Source: Thelocarpon superellum | Taxonomy: Eukaryota | NCBI GenBank assembly: GCA_026025795.1 | Contig: JAPEUG010000046.1 | Coordinates: forward strand, 47,909-67,908 | Reading direction: 5' to 3' | Length of the DNA: 20,000 nucleotides | In this document: piece by piece, positions 12,459-20,000 of the stretch | Layout: each line of letters opens with the position of its first letter | How positions within the stretch are numbered: position 1 is the first letter of the stretch | Notes under the pieces: generated by a model | What the model was told of the DNA's origin: nothing | What the model saw: only the letters and a program-made list of their open reading frames with translations | The model's database searches: none | Program-made: the position numbers and the translations under genes

Positions 12459-13579
12459 CGCGAGGCGTGGCCCAAGTGCTGTCGCCACACCTCGTCACGA
12501 GAGGAAGTAAACGAGTCGGACGACTGGCAGCGGGCGGTGGCCTGGTCGAGTGAGGGTCTTTCTACGAATAGACCACTAGCGGTCAATGCAGGACGGGAAC
12601 TTCCTGGAACCGCTCGTCGGCGCCGGTCGCCGTCTCGGCAGGGCCAGGCGAAAGGCCGAGATCCTTCACTGTCCAGCTTGGGGATGTGGGCGAGCCCTCG
12701 GACAGATCGTGGAGATGGCGAGAGAGGCGTGAGACTCGGCTGCGGTTGGCAACCTGCTCCATTCGGATCTCGTCCGACACCACGTCCTCTTGACGAGGCG
12801 TATCAACCGAGGAGGACACGGTCCACTCGGTGTCGTGACGACCTTCGTGACGAGCGGTCTATTCAGCTCTGACCAGCCCGGTCCCTCGGACCTAGGCGAT
12901 GCCTGACCCCTGTGTCGCGAGGCATCGCAGGCCTGGGAGGCCCGTGAGGTCCACCAGATCCTGTTGGCGAGCCGGCGCCATGCCTGATGATCACTGGCAT
13001 CCCGAGCCTCTGGCTGACCCACCCTTTCACCTGCTTCATCACGACAGCTCGCCTACACAAGCCTTGGGACGCGGCGACGGACATTGCACCGTGACCCCCC
13101 GCACGCCCGAACGTTCCTTCCCTTCTCCGCATCTTCCGTGGCTGATCGATCCAGCGCGCGCCCTCATGTGCCCTTCCCACGCCCCCGGCCCCGCCGGCCG
13201 GCCCCGAGCAGTCGACACGACCCGATGTCATGTCATCGCCTGTCTCAGTCGGGCAGTTGATGAGATTGTGAGAGGGTCTGGATCGTGTTGCCAGCTTCCC
13301 TTGCCACGCACCGACCTCATAAGCTCCGATGGATCATCGCCGTCACCACCTCGGCTCAGGACGCCTCTGGGTATGGACGAGCTTGGCGTAATAGTGAATG
13401 CATCCTTTTAAATGAGCTCGTCCGTTGCTGTGATGATGACCCAGCAGTCATCCCCACCTCTTTTTCTGCTGCTGTTTGTTCGTACCCCGTCCATTCTGAG
13501 CGCCCACAGTTGATTCCTTCGCGTCGTTGCGCACGCTTTCCCTCCCGTCGCCGCATCCGCTGTGACAGTCCGTGACACG

Positions 13580-15460
13580 ATGCGGTCCCTCTCCAGCTTC
13601 CTCATCGCTCTCTGCACCGTCGGCCCGCTTGTGGCGGTGCAGGCCGCACCAGCCGTCCCCATCGAGATCTTCGAGCAGCTGCGTGCGGTGCCCGATGGAT
13701 GGAGCCGTGTCGGCGATGCCCAGCCGCAGCAACAGATGAAGTTTCGCATCGCTGTCAAGTCCCCGCGCCAGGCGGAGTTCGAGCAGACGCTCCTGGACGT
13801 CTCGACGCCCGAGCACGCCAAATATGGGCAGCACCTGAGCCAAAGCGAGCTCAAGGCTATGCTCCGGCCCCGCGCAGCCTCGACTGAGTCCATCGTGAAG
13901 TGGCTCAGCGGCAGCGGGATCTCGGCCATTGAGGACGATGGCGAGTGGATCAACTTCAATACGACGGTCGGCAAGGCCGAGGATCTTCTCCACACCGACT
14001 TTGCCTGGTACCGCAACTCGATCAATGGCGCGCAGCGTGTGCGGACCCTGCAATACTCGGTGCCCAGCCGGCTCCACGCGCACATTGACATGATCCAACC
14101 CACGACGCGCTTCGGCCAGATCCGCACGGCGCGCTCCCACGTGCACCACGACAAGAAGCTAGGTCCGGCTGGAACCATGAGCGAGATCGTGGCGAGCCAG
14201 GCAGCGACCAACACTTCGAGCTTCGATCTCTCGTCGTGCGACGACAGCATCACGCCCGCGTGTCTCAAGGCGCTGTACAACTTCACGGACTTCACGGCGG
14301 ATCCGACGAACGGCAACAAGCTGGGGATCGCTGGGTACCTGGAGGAGTACGCCAAGTACGACGATCTGGCCGCCTTCCTGAGCGAATACGCGCCGGACGC
14401 GGTCGGCGACAATTTCACCTACGTGGGGATCAACGGCGGTCTCCTGACGCAAAATGACACCACCCACGACGATGTGGAGGCCAACCTCGACGTGCAGTAC
14501 GCCATGTCGCTGTCGGCCCCCGTGCCCGCGACCTATTACAGCACCGGGGGTCGCGGAGAGCTGGTGCCCGATCTGGACCAACCCAACGCCAGCGCGGACA
14601 ACAACGAGCCTTACCTCGACTTCCTCACCTACATGCTCAAGCTGGACGACAAGGACCTGCCGCAGACGCTGTCGACCTCGTACGGCGAAGACGAGCAGTC
14701 GGTGCCGGAAGCCTACACACGCACGGTGTGCAACATGTTTGCCCAGCTCGGGGCCCGCGGCGTGTCCGTCATCTTCTCGAGCGGTGACACCGGCCCCGGA
14801 TCCGGCTGTCAGACGAACGACGGCAAGAACACGACGCGCTTCCAGCCCACCTTCCCCGGCGCCTGCCCCTGGGTCACATCTGTCGGCGGCACGTACCACG
14901 TCGAGCCGGAAGAAGCGATTGACTTCTCGAGCGGCGGCTTCTCGGAGCGGTTCCCGCGCCCGTCGTACCAAGAAAGCGACGTGAAGAGCTACCTGGGCCT
15001 GCTCGGCTCCACGTGGTCGGGGCTGTACAACCCCGCCGGCCGCGGCTTCCCGGACGTGTCCACGCAGGCGTCCAACTTCCACTACCTCGACAAGGGCCAG
15101 GAGGGACTGGTGGGCGGCACGAGTGCGGCGGCACCCACCTTTGCGGGTCTGATCGCCAACATCAACTCGGCGCGCGTGTCGGCCCATCTCCCACCCATGG
15201 GTTTCCTCAACCCTTTCCTCTACGGCGCGGGCAAGGCCGGCTTGACGGACATTACCAAGGGCACGTCGCGCGGCTGCACCGGCCGCGACATCTACAGCGG
15301 CCTGCCGGCGCCCAACATCCCCAACGCCGGCTGGGCTGCCGTGGCGGGATGGGATCCCTCGACGGGCCTGGGCACGCCGAACTTTGGCACCCTCTTGCAT
15401 CTGGCCCTGACCAAGTCTGCGCCTTCCTATTCCAACGCGGAGGCTTCTTCAGTTGCGTGA
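13580..15460 (+). CDS. Secreted tripeptidyl-peptidase / sedolisin, family S53 (Aspergillus SED2/SED3-like), 626 aa, intronless
   Basis: Signal peptide MRSLSSFLIALCTVGPLVAVQA. Pro-kumamolisin-type prodomain (DVSTPEHAKYGQHLS). Catalytic EANLD, oxyanion SSGD, nucleophile GGTSAAAP, C-terminal GWDPSTGLGTP. First ATG at 13580 (the track's 13562 is GTG). Confidence 0.95.
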   Translation: MRSLSSFLIALCTVGPLVAVQAAPAVPIEIFEQLRAVPDGWSRVGDAQPQQQMKFRIAVKSPRQAEFEQTLLDVSTPEHAKYGQHLSQSELKAMLRPRAASTESIVKWLSGSGISAIEDDGEWINFNTTVGKAEDLLHTDFAWYRNSINGAQRVRTLQYSVPSRLHAHIDMIQPTTRFGQIRTARSHVHHDKKLGPAGTMSEIVASQAATNTSSFDLSSCDDSITPACLKALYNFTDFTADPTNGNKLGIAGYLEEYAKYDDLAAFLSEYAPDAVGDNFTYVGINGGLLTQNDTTHDDVEANLDVQYAMSLSAPVPATYYSTGGRGELVPDLDQPNASADNNEPYLDFLTYMLKLDDKDLPQTLSTSYGEDEQSVPEAYTRTVCNMFAQLGARGVSVIFSSGDTGPGSGCQTNDGKNTTRFQPTFPGACPWVTSVGGTYHVEPEEAIDFSSGGFSERFPRPSYQESDVKSYLGLLGSTWSGLYNPAGRGFPDVSTQASNFHYLDKGQEGLVGGTSAAAPTFAGLIANINSARVSAHLPPMGFLNPFLYGAGKAGLTDITKGTSRGCTGRDIYSGLPAPNIPNAGWAAVAGWDPSTGLGTPNFGTLLHLALTKSAPSYSNAEASSVA

Positions 15461-15484
15461 GTGAGTGAGTGAGGGAGGGAGGGA
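15457..15484 (+). repeat. Compound (GTGA)4(GGGA)3 microsatellite overlapping the S53 stop codon
   Basis: The sequence reads gtga gtga gtga gtga ggga ggga ggga. Confidence 0.8.
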
Positions 15485-15800
15485 AGCCTCACCGGGAGGA
15501 AGGGCCTTATTCCTGTTCCATGAGTGGCGTCTGGGTCTGGGAGAGCATGACTGGATCTTTACGGAGTGATGGTTGATGTGTGACTGACAGGAGGGACTAC
15601 GCATGCACGCACGGTTTTTTGTATCATAGTGAGCTGGCTGTGCAGTGCAGGATGAAAGCACATCATCGCTTGACCTCTCAATCGGTCCATGGTTCAATGA
15701 AACCAATGAACGAAATCAAGTCGATTCTCTGTTCTTCATCATATGTACATGTTCGTCGTACGTACTACGTAACCGGTGTGGATGTGCAAGACCCGCATGG

Positions 15801-15840
15801 AGAAAAGTAAAGAAAAGTAAAGAAAAGGAGGAAAGAAAGG
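15801..15840 (+). repeat. Purine-rich tract with (AGAAAAGTAA)2.6, in the convergent 3' region
   Basis: agaaaagtaa agaaaagtaa agaaaaggag gaaagaaagg. It is U-rich on the minus strand, just downstream of the orphan gene stop. Confidence 0.7.
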
Positions 15841-15907
15841 TAACAGACCGCCGCCCAATGCGAGCCCTCGCCATGCAACCCGATAAACCCAAGAAACTCC
15901 AGCCCAG

Positions 15908-17206
15908 TCATGAACCGTCCTGCGATTGCGACTCCCATTGCATTCGTATGCTCGACTGGGAGAAGTTCACATGTCCCAGGTTGTCGAATCCCTCTCCCTC
16001 TCCCGCCCCTTTCTCCGTGTCGTTACTTCCATTACTCCCACCCAGTGAAGGATCCCCCTCGGTGGTGTTTGTGTGAGCCAGACAGCGACCATGGCAGATC
16101 ATAATCTCCGAACTCGAGCTGTCGGCCGATGACCCATCATCTGGTATCAACTCCGGCGCGGCCTGTCCGTCCATTCCAATCTGCAGCATGATCAGCGCAT
16201 CGCCATTCCAGCCCGTATCCGGCGCCAGAAAGCGCTCGACGCGCTGCCACTGCTGCGTGCAGAACTGCAGGAACAGATGCGTGATCTCCGGTCGGGCCGC
16301 AGCCTCGGCCATGGCGCGCGCGACGATGTAGGCGGCGTTGAGATAGTAGCCCCGTATCTTGCTGGCGTAGTCCCGGATCAGAGAGGCCGCCTGGGGCGAG
16401 TAGGCCGCGCGTGACGGCATATAGCCGTCGGATATGGCGAGCAGGTCGCCCATGATGGAGTTGATCCAGTGCGGGACGATCATCAGGTTGCATGCGGAGT
16501 TGAAGATCTTGTCGCGCATCGTGTTGGTGAATTGCTGGTCATCGTGTTAGCTCGAAGGTCTTGAGCGAGAGGGGCCCTTACGGTAGATTCCATGGTCAGA
16601 GGGAGAATCAGTTCCAGCGCCGTGCGTACTGCACATGGCGGCAGGGAGCGAATCCAGAGATACGGCATGCCGACTGGGAGCAGATGGTCCGTGGATGATC
16701 CCACTGGTCGGCCCGTGATCAATCCCCGCATCGACCCTTTCACCATCTCCGTCGCCGCTCGTGCTCCGATCAGGACCAATTCCGGGACTCCCGACCCGGC
16801 CACCACCAGCATGACGTGTCCCGCCGCGAGGGCTCGGTTGAAGGGCGCTGCGATGGATAGCGTCAGCCGAGTGGTGGGGCGGCATCGCCTCACAGAACCC
16901 ACCTGATCCCTCCAAGGCCAATGGACGCGGCTTCTTGATCTTCTTGATCGCCTTGAGCACGCCACTGGCCGAGTTCCCCCTTCTTGTCCGCTCGGCCCGC
17001 CGTCGATGCCGAGGAAGATCTGACGGGACGACGTCGGAGGTCAAGATGGTGAAGTTGTCCGGAAGCGAGGTCCACGTCGGAAAGGTGGTGAAGGCTGGAC
17101 ATCGCGAAGATTGCCAGCCCAATTGCCGCGACTCAAGCGGTGAGGCGCGGACCAGGCCAAGGGGAAGAGAGAGAAGAATGACCATTCCCACGGGGGAAGG
17201 GAACAT
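15908..17206 (-). CDS. Orphan putative secreted protein, ~398 aa; exons 17206-16903, 16847-16582, 16534-15908
   Basis: Three track ORFs (16547..17206, 16483..16965, 15908..16519) join in phase through two canonical introns: 16902-16848 (GTGGGT..GCTGAC..CAG, 55 nt) and 16581-16535 (GTAAGG..GCTAAC..CAG, 47 nt). Total 1197 nt with no internal stop. The N-terminus MFPSPVGMVILLSLPLGLVRA-SPLESRQ resembles a fungal signal peptide plus propeptide. No family recognised. Confidence 0.72.
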
Positions 17207-17487
17207 GATGGAGGGAGACAGGACGGCAACCGCATATCTCGGACCACGTCGAGGTTGCCGGCGACGGCGATGAGCATGGATGGGTATCTATATCACGGCT
17301 CCGCACGAGGGCGAGTACAATAGGAAAGCGAGAGTGTCTCTCCCCGACCGACCAGCCGTCAACCGGAGCCATGTCCACGTGTCGCTCATGGACAGAAGCC
17401 ATGAGCTGGGCCATGTGGGAAGGATTGGGTTTGATGGTGCCGTCTAGTAGTGTCAAGTCTCCATCTATACTTTGGATGCTTATGCTG

Positions 17488-17524
17488 GCAGCAAGCGGGC
17501 AGGAAGCGGGCAGGAAGCGGGCAG
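17488..17524 (+). repeat. 11-bp tandem repeat (GCAGGAAGCGG) x~3.3 upstream of the orphan gene
   Basis: gcagcaagcgg gcaggaagcgg gcaggaagcgg gcag. Confidence 0.75.
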
Positions 17525-17880
17525 CGGTGAGTGCATGGGGCCTCATATGAGCCTAGGGTGAACATCATCCAGACCACCAGACCATCCAGACCGGTGGGTG
17601 AATGGAATTGTCCTGTGCGTCCGTTTGTGCTCGTGCTACCTTCTGCCCTGGTCGGTGGCGGCCATGCCTCACCTCATCGGTGCTGGAAGATCAAGATCGA
17701 TTCATGCCATAAACAGACAGGAGGAGACGGAAGTCGGTCGGCTATCGAACTCTCTCGGCCGGCGGATAACCTTCCAGCCAATCTCCTGCCCTCACCTGGC
17801 TTGGTCAACTCGACTTTCCTGAATTGTCTTAGTCATCGTTTATGCAAAGTATAAGCTGCTCGTACTACTTCCCTCGCAAG

Positions 17881-17899
17881 AGTAACGTACTACGTTACT
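17881..17899. repeat. Perfect 9-bp inverted repeat AGTAACGTA-C-TACGTTACT
   Basis: The arms are exact reverse complements. An outer complementary pair flanks them (TACTACT 17863-17869 / AGTAGTA 17900-17906). Confidence 0.75.
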
Positions 17900-18456
17900 A
17901 GTAGTATGCGGATCTGACTTGTCCACGATACCATGTGGATAGTGTGGCGCCCCCCCGAGTTACTAGGACACGGTCGTGCTACTGGGGTCCTCCGGGTATC
18001 GATCTCCGCTGACGTGGGGGTCTCCACAACTACTCTGCAGTACACACACTACAATAGAACATTCGTCAGCCAGTCCGGCGGCGCGTCCAGCGACGAACTT
18101 GTGATGAGCTTCACCCTCATCGCCGCTGGCTAGCAGCAGTCCTTTCTCGAGTATCTGAGGTGACGTCTATACGATCTTGAGTCGATAACTTAGGACGTTC
18201 GGATGCTTCCTATCGCTTGCGTGTGCGTGATTCCAACGATTTGTGGGCCCAGTAACTTTCATCCTACGCTGGTGTTGGATTGCTCGATGTGTCAGGGCAT
18301 TTGCCGCCAGTCACGTACAAGCCCCCTCGAGCAATAAGCTTTTCCTATATACAGTCTGACTCACTCCATCATACCTATCATGGACATGCAGCCTTGGATC
18401 TTCCATCGGTTGTCATATCACATCACTGCACCTCCATAGGAATCTGTCCCATCCCG

Positions 18457-19176
18457 TCACGGAAGAGTTGCGATTGAACCAGCTACGCCCGTAAGGAGAG
18501 CCACGCAGCGATGGAGGGTGCCGGAAAATCGATGACGCCGTCGTTGACATCTGCAGCCTTCTCCGCACTGGTGATCACCATCACAAAAGGCGGCGCAAGT
18601 GTGGGGCGGTTGAGACCAAACGGATGACGAGGAGGATGCAGCATTGGCAGGGAAGCCTGGACACGTTTGCTCTCCGGTCGCCGGGCAGGTCGCATCATTG
18701 GCCTCTCCTCCAGTCGGCGGTTGCTCTCTGGCCACCCCATCGGCGGTACCGGGCTTGGTGGGTTCTATTCCGCGGAAACGCCAGGCTCTGGCGGATTTCT
18801 GAGAGAAGGCACAACGGCACATCGCTACGCAAGCGTCCGAGTACCCAGAAAATCGGGCGTCACGCGGAGTGCAATCGGGTTCGACAGCTCCGGAACATGT
18901 ACAATCGACTCCTTGCGGCCCACAAAGTTGGTACGGGCTGTGGAACGTTTGCGTCCCGATGACGGGGAGGCGGAGCTCCAGATTCTCGTAGATCGGGTTG
19001 TTGCGATCGGGGCTCTCGCAGGTGAGGATCTGGCAGGACGGGTCTGTCAGTCACCGCCATCTTATCAGGTGGGTAGTTGGACTTGCAGCTGATGGACCTG
19101 AAATCGAGTTTGCCACCACGACCAGGGGAGGGGATAGAACCAGCCAACCGGCGAGGAGCCTGCGGGCCGACACCAT
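18457..19176 (-). CDS. Small secreted cysteine-rich protein (~220 aa, 16 Cys); exons 19176-19087 and 19029-18457 (preferred model)
   Basis: An ATG in good context (CCACG ATG G) starts MVSARRLLAGWLVLSPPLVVVANS, a signal-peptide-like sequence. The same frame continues past a single TGA (19053-19051) into ILTCESPD...QLCGPQGVDCTCSGAVEPDC...DACVAMCRC...CAAFCDGDHQCGEGCRC...HRCVALLTGVAGSIATLP*. The TGA sits inside an intron-like segment (GCAAGT..ACTGAC..CAG, 57 nt). Confidence 0.7.
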
Positions 19177-20000
19177 CGTGGATGCCAGTTCAGGTGCTGA
19201 GGAAGCGGAGACCGCCCCGCAGCAAGACACAACGCAAGACAAATGGCCGACGCATTCTGCATCGCGAGGTCGGATGATGGCTATATACGTCCATTCTGGA
19301 CGACAGCGCGCGAATTGCTGCGCAGAGAATGCCGAATAGGCGCTCGAAGGAAGGCGCACGGATCCTCTCCTGTCACCTGGATGCCCATGTTCATCACCTG
19401 TGATCCTCGCGCGCCAAGCTTCGAGGCAGAAGTAAGGGATCGATTGCCGAAATGCGACACACGCGGGTCGGATGCCGCCCTGCAGACTGGCCGAGCGCCT
19501 GAGCGTCGTCTGGACTCCGGCTTCACCTCGCTTGAGTTGACGCGTGACCCCGTCGCCATGGGCCGGCGAGAGGGCAGCCACGGAGGCATCTCATCCGGCT
19601 CATCTTGGCTTTCGCATGCCTCTACAGAATGCATTTCTCGAGTTCCCTTCAACTTGAACTAAAGTTTCGAACTTGCTGGGAGGAAGGATGGATTCTGACG
19701 GCGATTTAGATGAGCTATGCCGTTTCATGCGCCCTGCATTTGGTCGTCACAGATTCGCAAACTCACGATTTCGCCGACCCTATATTGCTGACTCATCTGC
19801 CCAAGGTCGCAACGGAGACAAAGGTGGGGAGCTCCGTTCGATCAGGGGGACCACTTCTGGACAAGTTGCCATAGAAGTGGGGAATTCGCCCTTCAAGTTC
19901 ATCCGCATTGCGTTCCTCATCCCGATGCCATCTCTCTCCGAAAGCGCTGCAATTCTTGCAAGCACACCGTGGCAGCGATCCATCGGAAAGAGTACAATAT

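Noticed and set aside
12200..13400. ORFs of 93-212 aa between the S10 and S53 genes
   Set aside because: Low-complexity translations driven by GC content and the CTCGCT repeat; no splice-consistent model.
13430..13499. GTGATGA...CTGA pair resembling a box C/D snoRNA
   Set aside because: Weak terminal stem and no rRNA guide complementarity that I can recognise. It lies in the pyrimidine-rich promoter/5' UTR of the S53 gene. A snoscan/Infernal search would settle it.
13408..15400. Long minus-strand ORFs (336 aa, 413 aa) opposite the S53 gene
   Set aside because: Shadows of a GC3-rich coding strand, with no independent coding signature.
19051..19053. Selenocysteine reading of the in-frame TGA
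   Set aside because: Ascomycetes are not known to have Sec machinery, no SECIS was seen, and an intron explains the stop more simply.
19177..19662. Upstream part of ORF 19051..19581 and overlapping ORFs
   Set aside because: Non-ATG or weak starts and unstructured translations. The ATG at 19176 directly precedes the signal peptide and is the better start.
1..20000. Transposons, CRISPR arrays, tRNA/rRNA, prokaryotic operon-type systems
   Set aside because: No transposase or RT motifs, terminal repeats, spacer arrays or RNA-gene signatures were seen; the locus is intron-containing fungal DNA.

Overview
GC-rich eukaryotic DNA from a filamentous ascomycete (Pezizomycotina-type genes with short 47-74 nt spliceosomal introns and CTRAY-type branch sites). 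Four genes are recognisable: a phospholipase D1 (SPO14/PLD1, minus strand, ending in a 7-nt micro-exon), an alpha/beta-hydrolase, a secreted S10 serine carboxypeptidase (cpdS/pepF-like) and a secreted S53 tripeptidyl-peptidase. Reading splice signals by hand gives two more minus-strand genes that the ORF track breaks into fragments. One is a 3-exon, ~398-aa orphan secreted protein. The other is a ~220-aa secreted protein with 16 Cys: an 8-Cys N-terminal module plus a C-terminal knottin-like 6-Cys module, probably spliced via a GC-AG intron. A further Cys-containing frame may enter from the right edge. The most interesting part is this block of four consecutive secreted-protein genes (two acid exopeptidases and two orphans). 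No RNA genes, transposons or CRISPR arrays were seen. All gene models were built by eye and have not been checked against databases or RNA-seq.
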